This document shows, in pieces, positions 15,840-29,780 of a stretch of DNA of 64,000 nt; within the stretch, counting starts at the first letter, position 1; every line of letters starts with the position of its first letter. The translations under genes were made by a program, and so were the position numbers. The stretch comes from Octopus vulgaris (Eukaryota). The notes below the pieces were generated by a model. It was given only the letters and a program-made list of their open reading frames with translations. It was not told where the DNA came from and did no database searches. The stretch covers positions 65,100,001 to 65,164,000 of the forward strand of contig OX597833.1 in assembly GCA_951406725.2 (NCBI GenBank). The letters are read 5' to 3'.

Positions 15840-16477
15840 CATATACATTTTTATCATATGGATAAATATATACACAAGTATAACTATAATTATGTAAATA
15901 TATATACACACAAACACACATATATAAATTTATACATATACGTACGTATGCATATATGTACGTATATCAATAAACATTTAATTTTTTGTTTCACAAGATT
16001 TTAATCTTAATCTTTAGTCATGAAGATATCATTTGAAAGGAAGTCAGAGAGGAAAGAGAAAACAATTAAATATTCAATTATTTAAAATATGTCGTTCTTG
16101 ATAAATTCTAATTATCAATGGCTGCTATCATAAATACGACCCGTTGCTGAACTAATATCTACTGCAGCGTCAACAGAACATCTTTTGTTAGGAAGAAAAA
16201 AAGAAAACCGAGGCTAACATACAACGCATCAATACTTGTGTTATTTTGTTGTTAATACCGTTGAAGGTGCTGGTGGTGGTGGTGGTGGTGGTATGGTTGT
16301 TGCAAATGTTGTTGTTGTTGTTGATGTTGTCGAGTTTTTGTTGTGATTATTGATGCTATTGATAATGTTGATATGGTTCCTCTTCGTACTTGTTACCTTT
16401 ATAACCATTTGAGGGTTTTGTTTTGACATTACAGATTTTAATTTTTATGTATGCCACAAATTATTATTATTATTATA

Positions 16478-16596
<119 letters not shown>

Positions 16597-16795
16597 CATG
16601 ACTATTATTATTATTATCACTATCATAATCATCATCATCATCATTATCATCATCATCCTCATCATCAACATCATCATCATCATTGGGTTGATAAATTCAT
16701 TACCAGCTGTGTACTGAGGTCGATGTAATTGACTAGTCCCCTTCCACCAAATTATCAGGCCTTGTCTTATAGTAGAAAGGATTATTATTTTATAA

Positions 16796-16933
<138 letters not shown>

Positions 16934-16950
16934 TTATTATAATTATTATT

Positions 16951-17200
16951 GTTTCTCTTTATGACATGTTTTGTTGGAGCTCCTGGCGTCTTAAATAAGT
17001 AGCGGGCTTGCTACTTGCACCCCCAGGTACCATGCTATCCATGCTTTTCAGCTATCTTATACTTTCCGGATTATTCTGGCTGTGCCAAGAGGCAAATCTC
17101 TTGTAACAGTTCTACTAGGCACTCTATTCCAAATTCCTTTATATTCCTCTTGATATCTTCTCATACCGCTGTAGCCCAATGTTAGCACTCTTTTCGTTTC
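16951..17200 (-). mobile_element. R4/Dong-clade non-LTR retrotransposon 3' fragment
   Basis: The minus strand translates (with a frameshift) to IKEFGIECLVELLQEIC-LGTARIIRKV*, a typical R4/Dong C-terminus. The 3' end runs into (TAA)n on the same strand. Confidence 0.75.
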
Positions 17201-17222
17201 CAACTGTCTAATCTATCGAGCG

Positions 17223-17288
<66 letters not shown>

Positions 17289-17475
17289 GAGCACTATCGC
17301 TGTGAAAATAACATCCATCCATGAATTTATTCATTTATTAATTTTTTAAATACATATTTTAACTGTGAATATGCGCGTGTAATCGGGGAATGCATACAAT
17401 GCCCTTCTCTGCCCTAGGTGTATGGAAAACACTCAGCGAGAAACGGGAGAATATTTGAAGAAAGAGGGAAATAAA

Positions 17476-17848
<373 letters not shown>

Positions 17849-18290
17849 GCTCAATACCACAGATTTGCTTGTCAGTTGTTTGACTTTAACCAGTTGAGCA
17901 TGTCCTTTAGTGGCTGACGATATGTGCATCTCTGATCACGAGCAGAAGTAGTGGGGGAGCATCATAGCGATGTGTTGAGAGGGATTCTTTGGGGTTTGAA
18001 TAATTCACCTCTGGAAACATTGGTGTTTCGTTCAACATCCTTAAACAACTCTTATTCAGGGACCTTTCGAGTGGGATGGGTTACTCGACCTGAAGAAAAT
18101 TCTAACTGGGCCCCACCTGCAAGGTCATGTGCTCTTTATTTTGATATGAGATCACCATGTCGCGTACATATGGTTGTGATGCATGTGCCTAGTGTACCCT
18201 TATCAGACGGGTAGTCATGATGGGTATACTGGGCTTCGTATATTTTAACCCAGTGTCACTTTGATGGCATGCACTGCTCTCTCACTCAAT
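17849..18290 (+). mobile_element. Repeat fragment embedded in (TAA)n, probable 3' UTR of a TAA-targeting retroelement
   Basis: Flanked on both sides by (TAA)n. Its last ~100 bp recur inverted at 58462-58560, also ending in TAATGA. The family assignment is inferred. Confidence 0.55.
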
Positions 18291-18294
18291 AATG

Positions 18295-18412
<118 letters not shown>

Positions 18413-18426
18413 TGATGATGATGATG

Positions 18427-18490
<64 letters not shown>

Positions 18491-18513
18491 TGATGATGAT
18501 GATAATAATAATA

Positions 18514-18577
<64 letters not shown>

Positions 18578-18820
18578 CATGTGATACAGCGATAAAACCA
18601 CGTCACATGATGTCACTGAGGATAGATTAAAAGGGCAACTGTTTTTGAGGTAATTGGTGCATTTGGCAAAATACGGAAAACGCCACGGAAGAGGCCAAAG
18701 GATATTGGGACTGGAATTTACGAAATTACAAGAATCCAATGAAATATTCTTGAGCTTTGAGGAGACTTGTTGTCACCAGATATGAATGCATCTTCCTTGC
18801 TAACGTAGCATATGATGCTT
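18578..18820 (+). mobile_element. Highly decayed R4/Dong-like 3' fragment
   Basis: gtaattggtgcatttggc encodes VIGAFG (compare PVVIGALG), and the fragment lies between (TAA)n tracts. Confidence 0.4.
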
Positions 18821-18836
18821 TAATAATAATAATAAT

Positions 18837-18894
<58 letters not shown>

Positions 18895-19032
18895 GTAATA
18901 GTAATAATAATAATAAGAAGAAGAAGAAGGACAAGAACAAGAACAAGAAGAAGAACAAGAACAAGAAGAACAAGAACAAGAAGAACTAGAAGGAAAAGAA
19001 GAAAAAAAGAAGGAGAGGAATAATAATAATAA

Positions 19033-19063
<31 letters not shown>

Positions 19064-19537
19064 AAGAAGAAGAAAGAAAAGAAGAAGAAGAAGAAGAAGA
19101 AGAAGAAGAAGAAGGGGAAGAAGGAGGAAAGGAAGAAGTAGAAGGATAAGAATAAGAAGAAGAAGTAGAAGAAGAAGAAAAACAACAACAACAACAACAG
19201 GAAAAGAAGAAGTAGAAGAAGAAGAAGAAAAAAAAAAGAAATAGAAGAAGAAGAAGAAGAAGAAGAAGAAGAAGAAGAAGAAGAAGAATTACATTGACGA
19301 CGGTGGTGGCGATGGTGGTGGTGGTGTGAAGGAAATGGCAGAAACAACAGCGGTAGCAGCTGCAGAAGCAGCATGGAGGACAACGGCAACAACAACAAAA
19401 ACTATATTTTTCCTTCATAATTAGTCATCCAATTAATTGTATCTTTTGTTCCATATTCCTGACCATTTCAAGTAGTGAATTGTTAACATTCTGAAAATGA
19501 CAGCAGCTTGTGAAGAATAGCTTAACATAACAATATC

Positions 19538-19654
<117 letters not shown>

Positions 19655-19721
19655 TAATAATAATAATAATAATAGTAATAATAAAATAATAATAATAATA
19701 GTAATAATAATAATAATAATG

Positions 19722-19822
<101 letters not shown>

Positions 19823-19895
19823 CCTATAATAAGAGTGCTAGCAGCAAAAATAACAGAGCGTTAATAATAATAATAACAATAATAATAATAATAAC

Positions 19896-19948
<53 letters not shown>

Positions 19949-19966
19949 TAATAATAATAATAACAA

Positions 19967-20023
<57 letters not shown>

Positions 20024-20135
20024 TGATGATGAAGATGATAATAATAATAATATTAATGATGATGATGATAATAATAATAATAATAATAATAACAATAATA
20101 ATGATTGTTATTAATATGATTAATATTATTAGTTG

Positions 20136-20188
<53 letters not shown>

Positions 20189-20601
20189 ACAGAAATCAAT
20201 TATGTTTCGATTAGAAGTGGAAATTATACACATGCAATCTACAAGTGACGGGTGAAGAAGAGTTGCGGTGTACTCGTTTGTAAATCATCTGGAAGAGTAC
20301 ACCCTGGCATATTACGTTCTCCGCTCGATCGCAGCAAATTAGGAGTTCTCTTTCCTATCACCAGTGCCTCTAAGGGTATCGAGGAGCCTGTAGAAGACCG
20401 TGGGCATTATTCTCCCTTCTCTGCCAACACCGCATGGAAAGATTCTGCCAAATTCCTTAAGGGTTCTAAATAGGAGACTTGGAATTTAAACTTAAGTTCT
20501 CAATGCACCCTAATCCAGATTCAATCTGTCAGATTTTCGCTCCTTGGTGGTGTTACTGTTTCCAAATCAAAGTTTTTATTTCTATCGTGTATAAGGAACA
20601 T

Positions 20602-20800
20602 TCGTCGATGAGTGGTACCCGCGCGAGCGGAAAAGAGCACCCGGAACACCTCCACGACGGTGGAGTTACGATTTCAGGAGGACGATTGGGATCACGTGGA
20701 TGAGAAAGGCGCGATCCAGAGAGGAGTGGACAGCGTGCTGTGACCAGCGGTGTCAAATCGACGCCTGACGGACTGGTCGGTCAAGGTGAAGGTGAAGGTG
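20602..20800 (+). mobile_element. 5'-truncated RTE-like LINE 3' end with target-site duplication
   Basis: Encodes EWYPRERKRAPGTPPRRWSYDFRRTIGITWMRKARSREEW..* followed by an (AAGGTG)n tail. ATAAGGAAC is duplicated at 20591 and 20801. Confidence 0.8.
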
Positions 20801-20909
20801 ATAAGGAACGTAGTAATTTATTCAACATGTCAATCATTTTTTGAATTACATTTTTAAAAAAATCTTAAATTACATATGAAAATAGTTGTTGATATATTTG
20901 TAAAAGCTT

Positions 20910-21125
20910 AAGGAGACAAGTTGGCCGAAAAATTGGTACTCCGGAGAAAATGCCTCGCGGCGTTTCATCCGTCTTTGCGTTCAGAACTCATATGTCGGCG
21001 AGGTCGACGTTGCCTTTCAGCCTTTCAACGTCAAAGAAATAAATTCTTAATTAAATAGTGGAGTCGATGCATTCTGCTACCACCCTCCCTCAAATTTGCA
21101 TGTTTTACGCCTGTAGGAAAAAGGA
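20910..21125 (+). mobile_element. Old SINE family N copy
   Basis: Diverged cggcgaggtcgacgttgcctttcagccttt core. Confidence 0.7.
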
Positions 21126-21144
21126 TATTTTCTGAAAGAGTAAG

Positions 21145-22040
21145 GGGCCAAGATGACGGAATCGTTAACACGCCGGAGAAAATGTTTAGCGGTACTTCCT
21201 CCGCGGCAAGCTGGCAGAATCGTTAGCACGCTGGGCGAAATGCTTAGCGGTATTTCGTCTGCCGTTACGTTGTGAGTTCAAATTCCGCCGAGGTCGACTT
21301 TGCCTTTCATCCTTTCGGGGTCGATAAATTAAGTACCAGTTATGCACTGGGGTCGATGTAATCGACTTAATACCTATGTCTGTCCTTGTTTGTCCCCTCT
21401 GTGTTTAGCCCCTTGTGGGTAATAAAGAAATAGGTATTTCCTCCGCGGCAAGCTGGCAGAATCGTTAGCACACCGGGCGAAATTCTTAGCGGTATTTCGT
21501 CTGCCGCTACGTTCTGATTTCAAATTCCACCGAAGTATACTTTGCCTTTCATCCTTTCGGGGTCGATAAATTAAGTACCAGTTATGCACTGGGGTCGATG
21601 TAATCGACTTAATACCTATGTCTGTCCTTGTTTGTCCCCTCTGTGTTTTGCCCCTTGTGGGTAATAAAGAAATAGGTATTTCCTCCGCGGCAAGCTGGCA
21701 GAATCGTTAGCACGCCGGGCGAAATTCTTAGCGGTATTTCGTCTGCCGCTACGTTCTGATTTCAAATTCCACCGAAGTATACTTTGCCTTTCATCCTTTC
21801 TGGGTCGATTGAATAAGTACCAGTTACGCACTGGGGTCAATGTAATCGACTTAATCAGTTTGTGTGTGCTTGTTTGTCCTCTCCATGTTCAGCCCCTTGT
21901 GGGCAGTAAAGAAATAGGTATTTCTTTAGCTATTAAGCTTTGAGTTGAAATGCTGCAGAGGTCTATCTCGTCTTCAACCATTTCGGGGTCGATGAAACAA
22001 GTAAAAGTAGGTGCTGGTCTTGGTGTGATCGAATACTCCA
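21145..22040 (+). mobile_element. Three tandem family N SINEs (242-bp period) nested in an older family N copy
   Basis: CCGCGGCAAGCTGGCAGAATC recurs at 21201, 21443 and 21685. The older host SINE is split at ggtatttc and resumes at about 21917. Confidence 0.9.
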
Positions 22041-22349
22041 CCCATATTAGAAAGAATATATTTTGGAAAAGATGTGATAATGCCGTAAGGCACAACCCAG
22101 CCTGAGATTCACTAAAAATATAAACCAGCGTCAATCGCGACCGCTATGTGTGTCTAAGGACTTTAGCAGGACTCGATACGATAACATGCCTTTCGTATGC
22201 TCCAAAACGTTCGTGTCATTTCAGAGCGATTTATTGGTATTTCTTGTAAACTTAGAAAACTTGTTGGAATCATTGTTTTTTTTTTTTGTTACTTTTGTTA
22301 CTTTTGTTATTGCAAATAATTTTCCCTGAATTTAATCTTCTATATTTTA

Positions 22350-22915
22350 TCTTCTATTTGTTTCAGTCATTTGCCTGCGACCATGCGGGGGCAGCGCCTT
22401 CAAGAATTTGCTTATCGAATGAATCGGCCTTACTACTTGTTTTTCTTCCACGCCTGATACCTATTTTATCGGTCCCTTTTACCGAACCGCTATGTTAAGG
22501 GCATGCAAAAACAACCACACAAGTTGTCAAGAAGTAGTGGGAGACACACATATACACACACGCACAAACACATTCATACACACGCATACCCTCATACATA
22601 TGGACAGGCAGACACACACACACACACGTGCACACACACATACACTCACACACACACATATGTATGTATGTATATATGTATGTATGTATTTATGTATGGA
22701 TGGATGGATGGATTGATGGATGGATGGATGGATGGGTGGATGGATGGATGGATGGATAGATGAGAGCTGATTCTTTAAGTTCTCATCGAGCAAATCCGTT
22801 TCCAAGGCTTTCGTCGGCCTGAGGCTACTCTCTCTCTAGAAAACACTTGTCTAAGCTTCCACTACAGGGGAACTGAACTCGGAACCATGTGATTGAAAAG
22901 CAACCTTCTTCTCAC
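22350..22915 (-). mobile_element. Diverged SINE family C with expanded internal microsatellite
   Basis: Tail (tttcagtcatttg..gaaccgcta) and head (gaaccatgtg) in reverse orientation around (CA)/(GGAT) repeats. Confidence 0.7.
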
Positions 22916-23266
22916 AATTCAGAGATAAACGAACCCTGTACTCTCAATGCATGAACATTTACAATGTAGCAAACAAACATGTCCTAATCTGCAAAAAATA
23001 TTGTCTGTGTAGTATAAAAACCTCAGCAAAAATTTCTAAAATTTAGTATCATAATTTATTTGTGAGCCGTTCTATGTCCTCTCCAGTTGCTGCAAGCGTT
23101 AAGACTATCAGTTTGCATTAATTTCAGTGACACGAAGCAAAAGAAAAATATCTTACAGATAATCGGTGATATCGTTAGAATCTCATCGGTCTCTAAACTG
23201 TATATACATAAATACATACATATGTAAACGTACATGTATATGAAGGCGTATATGTATTAATACATA

Positions 23267-23379
23267 CAGTAATTCCTCGTCCATCGCGGATCACCTATCA
23301 CGGTTTATTATTATTTAAAGTTACGTCGATTCCTCCATGGAGTTTTTTTCCATTTATAATAAAATAAGTATATACAAAT

Positions 23380-23469
<90 letters not shown>

Positions 23470-24165
23470 TGAAATTTATTACTATTTTCGAAACGAAATG
23501 ATGTATTTTGACTCGATATTATCTCCACCTCTAACACAACACATGTAAACATGCGTGGAACAACACGATCATCCCCGACCTCAAACACCATGTACAAAGG
23601 AACTACGAAGAAATTAAATGCCACCGATACTATTCAACCCAAGAATACCAATCGAGCGGTACGTACATTAAACCTACAACAAAAAATGTACGAAAAACTA
23701 CACGTGCGAAATAATGTGACAACAGAAATAAACGGACCGGTACCCTACGAAAATGACGACCGTCAAAATAATGAGCCGGACGTTGTACCTCATGTCCCGC
23801 AATTAAAACCCAAAAGACGTAAATGGACACGTGAGGAATACGTTTCTATCTTACACGCATACTTCACAGCAATGATCTACCCACAAAATGAAAATACAAC
23901 ACATACATATAAAATATGGAAGGAAAATAATAGAGATATAGACTTGGATACAGCAATGATTCAGACAAATACATAACAAAAACACCAGGACTTACAAACA
24001 CATATAACATACAGAAAATTGCACTACTAGGCACTGCACACATCCTACGCAGAACACTTTCCATACAATAACCATCAGAGCATCACAACAAATCACAGCA
24101 CATACCCAAGGCACACAGAGCTGCGCTCGGTAGTGAAGTGAAAGCATGCTATAAAAATAAAACTA

Positions 24166-24245
<80 letters not shown>

Positions 24246-24329
24246 TACAGTACTGTTTCTACTTCGCGGATTTTCACCTGTCGCGGTGTGGTTTGGAATG
24301 TAACACCCGCGATAGTCGCGGGATTACCG
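23267..24329. mobile_element. Tigger/pogo-like MITE interrupted by (TAA)n and a Dong element
   Basis: The left end TA-CAGTAATTCCTCGTCCATCGCGG and the right end CCGCGATAGTCGCGGGATTACCG are imperfect inverted repeats. Confidence 0.6.
23470..24168 (+). mobile_element. Internally deleted R4/Dong non-LTR retrotransposon (ORF N-terminus fused to C-terminus and 3' UTR)
   Basis: The ORF from 23551 contains KRRKWTREEY..HAYF (R4-type N-terminal motif). 23961-24071 encodes SDKYITKTPGLTNTYNIQKIALLGTAHILRRTLSIQ*. (TAA)n flanks both sides. Confidence 0.85.
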
Positions 24330-24382
<53 letters not shown>

Positions 24383-24384
<2 letters not shown>

Positions 24385-24571
24385 CGGTATTTCGTCTGCC
24401 GCGACGTTCTGAGTTCAAATTCAGCCGAGGGCCACTTTGCCTTTCATCCTCTTGGGGTCGATTAAATAAGTACCAGTTATGCTCTGGGCTCGATATAATC
24501 GACTTAATCCGTTTGTCTATCCTTGTTTGTCCTCTCTCTGTTTAGCCCCTTGTGGGTAGTAAAGAAATAGG
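24383..24571 (+). mobile_element. 5'-truncated SINE family N
   Basis: Runs from gcggtatttcgtctgcc to aaagaaatag. Confidence 0.85.
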
Positions 24572-24597
24572 GTATATATATATATATATATATATAT

Positions 24598-24985
24598 ACT
24601 CTTTACTCTTTTACTTGTTTCAGTCATTTGACTGCGGCCATGCTGGAGCACCGCCTTTAGACTTATTCTTTGTAAGCCCAGTACTTATTCCATCGGTCTC
24701 TTTTGCCGAACCGCTAAGTGAAGGGGACGTAAACACACCAGCATCGATTGTCAAGCAATGCTAGGGGGACAAACACAGACACACAAACACATACACACAC
24801 ATACATACATATATATATATATACGACAGGCTTCTTTCAGTTTCCGTCTACCAAATCCACTCACAAGGCATTGGTCGGCCCGGGGCTATAGCAGAAAACA
24901 CTTGCCCAAGATGCCACGCAGTGGGACTGAACCCGGAACCATGTGGTTGGTTAGCAAGCTACTTACCACACAGCCACTCCTGCGC
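24598..24985 (-). mobile_element. SINE family C, near full length
   Basis: Reverse complement of 50351-50808. Confidence 0.9.
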
Positions 24986-25751
24986 CACTCCTTATATATA
25001 TATATATATATAAAGTTGTTCCCAACTTTGCCCCTCCATGAATCCCAAATTTTATTTTGCTACTTATGGGAGCAACTATCTGAAGTTGATGTAATCATAT
25101 TACCTATATCTCCAAAATTTCAATCCTTGTGCCTGAAGTTTCCGCTTGTCCCTCATTTTGAAATCTCACTGCTAGAAATTTGATCTAGGGTCTCGTTCGG
25201 TTGTTTGTTCCAAGAAGGAAACAAATTTCTTAAAACCGTGCACAAGAAACAACTCAAGCCAAAGTACTGCTTCATATCAATTTGCCACAAGCTTACACTC
25301 TGTTCTACTATGATTTGCTCAACAAGACAAAGATTGCTACTAATTCGACGAGGCGTTAAACGTAATGGTTGGTATTATTAAGAATTGATGATCAATAAAT
25401 ATCGATAAATGTAACCTGTAGGGAATTTCAGAATGACCATTTCTGTCAAATGTAATTAACTATATCAAAATTAATTAGTAATATTTCACATGTATGTCCT
25501 CTATTCTGGATATTTCTACTTCATTTATTACTATTATTTAGCTGCGCAGCAACAGCTAAATAGACAAAAGCTTGAATCGATTAAGCAACTGCGAAATTTG
25601 CGTTCAACGCGTAACAACACGAACAGTAAATATTTTCACAAACACTAAGCTTGTTTTCTGTTGGGTTGTTTTATTTTGTATGTGAGATATATTTAAAGCG
25701 GCGCCTATGGCCTTGTACAGAGTTCTTGCAACGGGTCGTGGAAATGGAGTA

Positions 25752-27193
25752 CCTATAATCATGTATGTTGCATATTAACCGAAATGGGGTTTATTCGATT
25801 GGATCCCTAGCATAGAGATCAAGGAATCCTTCCAGATCGGTGGTGCTGCTACTTCCTTGCATTCAGAAACTACAGCAGTGATACTAAGAACATATCGAAA
25901 GAATGTCGAAGGAAAGAATCGCCAGGCAGATTCTTCAAGCCGAGACAAACGGCAGGAACCTAGAACGTAGAGTAATAATGAGACGGTTGTAAAATATACA
26001 TCGTCTGAGGTGGTCATGTTTGGGAATATAACTGCGGTGTGTAATGACGGTAGTTTCCGATAGAACCTTATTGATGATGTGTCTAACAAGTCTTCCTCCA
26101 CGATCCCAGTAATAGCGAGCGAAGAATATGGATTACATGAGGATAACTACTATTGAATAGTTAAGATTGTTTGCCAACATAACATGGCAGTCCTGGTTTA
26201 GGACGAATGTTGCTGTAATTTAGCCCCAGGAGAATCGTCTCCAGCTGGCTGTACGACACGATATTTGTCCTTATATTTTCGAACAAGGGAATCTAGCACC
26301 CCAACTCAGCGGAAAACAATATCTGTGTATCGCGATTTCCGGGTTATGTTGGCAAAAACCTTTACCCCAACGTATTGTTGCTGGATTTCTCTCGTGATAA
26401 GATTTAAAAATAGTACAGATTACACCGTACCAAATGGCGTAGCTGTCAAGTATTAGGGTCGTTGTAATCCACTTGGCCCCTTCCCTTGAAATACGGCTGT
26501 CCCTGTGCCACAACTTGAAACCGGTGACTATACAAAAGTAGAAAAGTTATATTTTTATATCTCACCACGGGAGATATTCAGCAACAGAACTTTGGAATAA
26601 AGGTTTTTGCCAACATAACCCGGAAATCGCGATACACAGATATTGTTTTGGGCTGAGTTGGGGAGCTAGATTCCCTTGTTCGAAAATATGACACAGATCG
26701 TGTCGTATAGCCAACTGGAGACGATGTCACCTGGGGCTAAATTGCAGCAATATCGTCCTAAACCAGGACTGCCATATTATGTTGACAAACAATCTTTACT
26801 ATACAATAGTAGTTATCCTCATCCCAACTATATTCTTCGCTCGTTATTCCTGGGGTAATGGAGGAATACTTTTTAGACACATCACCAATAAGGTTCTATC
26901 AGAAACAACCGTCATTACACTCCGCAGTTAGATTCCCAAACATGACCACCTCAGACGATGTATATTATTATTACTCTACGTTCTAGGTTCCTGCCGTTTG
27001 TCTCGGCTTGAAGAATCTGCCTTGCGATTCTTTCCTTCGACATTCTTTCCAGAGGTTCTCAGTACCACTGCTGTAGAGTCTCAATGCAAAGAAGTAGCAG
27101 CACCATCGATTTAGAAGGATTCTTTGATCTCCATGCTAGGGATCCAATCGAAGAATCCCATTTCGGTTAATACGCAACATACATGTTTATAGG
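25752..27193. mobile_element. Foldback-type element with ~610-bp terminal inverted repeats and TA flanks
   Basis: 25750-26370 is the reverse complement of 26591-27195 (about 85-90% identity by eye). The ends read TA|CCTATA..TATAGG|TA. Confidence 0.8.
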
Positions 27194-28437
27194 TAAAGAT
27201 AAAGGATAGACACGGAAACTGATTTGAGTTTCTTCATGCCTACAGAACGAAATAAATCTCTTTATTTAAAAATCAATATTGTTGTTTTTAGATAATTAAA
27301 TAAAGGTATCGAGCGTGTTAAGGCATTGAATTCTTTGAGTTAAATTACTGCTTTCTATCCTCTGTTGCGCATACAGAGACATCGAATGATAATGAAGGAC
27401 ATGCACATTCACCTAATTCATATGTGTGTGTGTGAGTGTTTATATATATGTATATATATGTATATATATGTATATATATTTATTTATTTATATGTATTCA
27501 CGTGGTTGTGTGGTAACAAGATTGCTTCCAACCACATGCTTCCGCATTCATCGCCACTGCGAGGTACTTTGAGCAAGCGACTTCTACTATAGCCTTGGGC
27601 CTACCAAAGCCTTGTTACCCTTTTTGGCAGACGAAAAATGAAATATGTGTATGTGTGTCTCCGTGTGTATGTGTGTACGTTTGTATGTGTGTGTGTGTGT
27701 GGACGGGTGCATACGCTTGCAATCTATATTTTCTCCCTGTATGCAACTCTATATTTTCTCCCATTGTGATATACTGAAGCACACACACACGCACACACAC
27801 GCACACATACGTGCACACAAATACATACACACACACACACGCTTATATGACTAGATATATATCTGCATAAAAGAAGACAAACTCACGCATAAAAACATAC
27901 ATGCCCACACAAAGTCATGCACATATACGCGTACCCTTATTCTTTGGACTACATTCACAATGAAACACTTAAAAAAAACTCTGAACATAGCATACGTGAT
28001 TTCCCCAAAGTTACAAAGGAATATTACTTATTAAATTCACACCAGAAACACAGCTGAACCATATATATATTTATTGACTCAAACGCTTTTAAAAATCGAC
28101 ATTTCTAGTAGGAACAGACCTGGCTATGGCTGTAAGGTGTAAAATTATGCACTGGAAGATACAGACTCTGCTCTGTGTTGATTGCTGCCGTGTTTAAGTC
28201 TCAGGTGAGTCCTAATTTTGAAGATTTATGATCTATGATCAAAGCTGCGTTCAAAACATGTCCACATAGATCCTATTATTATCATTTGCATTTGTTTTCA
28301 AATATATTTTCTTTATATATTTATGAATATTTAAGAGAGGCTGTAATCGAATTAACCTCTGTGTCTGTCCTTGTTTGTCCTCTCTATGTTTAGCCCCCTG
28401 TAGGCAATAAAGAAATAAATATATTTTTGATTTATTA

Positions 28438-29780
28438 AGGGCGGTGAGCCGGCAGAATCTTTAGCACCACAGGCAAAATTCTTAGAGGTGTTTTGTCTGC
28501 CTTTACGTTCTGTGTTCAAATTCCGCCGAGATCAACTTTGCCTTTTATCCTTTCGGGATCTATCAAATAAGTACCTGTTACGCACTGGGGTCGATGTAAT
28601 CGACTTAATCCGTTTGTCTGTCCTTGTTTGTCCCCTCTACATTTAGCCCCTTCTTGATAATTAAAAAAACAGGTTTTTCATCTGCCTTTACGTTCTGTGT
28701 TCAAATTTCGCCGAGATCAACTTTGCCTTTTATCCTTTCGGGATCTATCAAATAAGTACCTGTTACGCACTGGGGTCGATGTAATCGACTTAATCCGTTT
28801 GTCTGTCCTTGTTTGTCCCCTCTACATTTAGCCCCTTCTTGATAATTAAAAAAACAGGTTTTTCATCTGCCTTTACGTTCTGTGTTCAAATTTCGCCGAG
28901 ATCAACTTTGCCTTTTATCCTTTCGGGATCTATCAAATAAGTACCTGTTACGCACTGGGGTCGATGTAATCGACTTAATCCGTTTGTCTGTCCTTGTTTG
29001 TCCCCTCTACATTTAGCCCCTTCTTGATAATTAAAAAAACAGGTTTTTCATCTGCCTTTACGTTCTGTGTTCAAATTTCGCCGTGATCAACTTTGCCTTT
29101 TATCCTTTCGGGATCTATCAAATAAGTACCTGTTACGCACTGGGGTCGATGTAATCGACTTAATCCGTTTGTCTGTCCTTGTTTGTCCCCTCTACATTTA
29201 GCCCCTTCTTGATAATTAAAAAAACAGGTTTTTCATCTGCCTTTACGTTCTGTGTTCAAATTCCGCCGAGATCAACTTTGCCTTTTATCCTTTCGGGATC
29301 TATCAAATAAGTACCTGTTACGCACTGGGGTCGATGTAATCGACTTAATCCGTTTGTCTGTCCTTGTTTGTCCCCTCTACATTTAGCCCCTTCTTGATAA
29401 TTAAAAAAACAGGTTTTTCATCTGCCTTTACGTTCTGTGTTCAAATTCCGCCGAGATCAACTTTGCCTTTTATCCTTTCGGGATCTATCAAATAAGTACC
29501 TGTTACGCACTGGGGTCGATGTAATCGACTTAATCCGTTTGTCTGTCCTTGTTTGTCCCCTCTACATTTAGCCCCTTCTTGATAATTAAAAAAACAGGTT
29601 TTTCATCTGCCTTTACGTTCTGTGTTCAAATTTCGCCGTGATCAACTTTGCCTTTTATCCTTTCGGGATCGATTAAATAAATAACAGTTACGCACTGGGG
29701 TCGATGCAACAGACTTAATCCCTTTGTCTGTCCTTGTTTGTTCCCTCTATGCTTAACCCCGCCCCCTCTGGGTAATTAGT
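28438..29780 (+). repeat. SINE family N-derived tandem array, 7 x 185 bp
   Basis: TCTGCCTTTACG starts at 28496, 28681, 28866, 29051, 29236, 29421 and 29606. Confidence 0.95.

Noticed and set aside
20596-20770. GC-rich stretch after an AG that looked like a host exon
   Set aside because: It translates to an RTE-like C-terminus with a repeat tail and a target-site duplication.
28438-29780. CRISPR-like array
   Set aside because: The units are whole 185-bp SINE-derived repeats with no unique spacers, in eukaryotic context.
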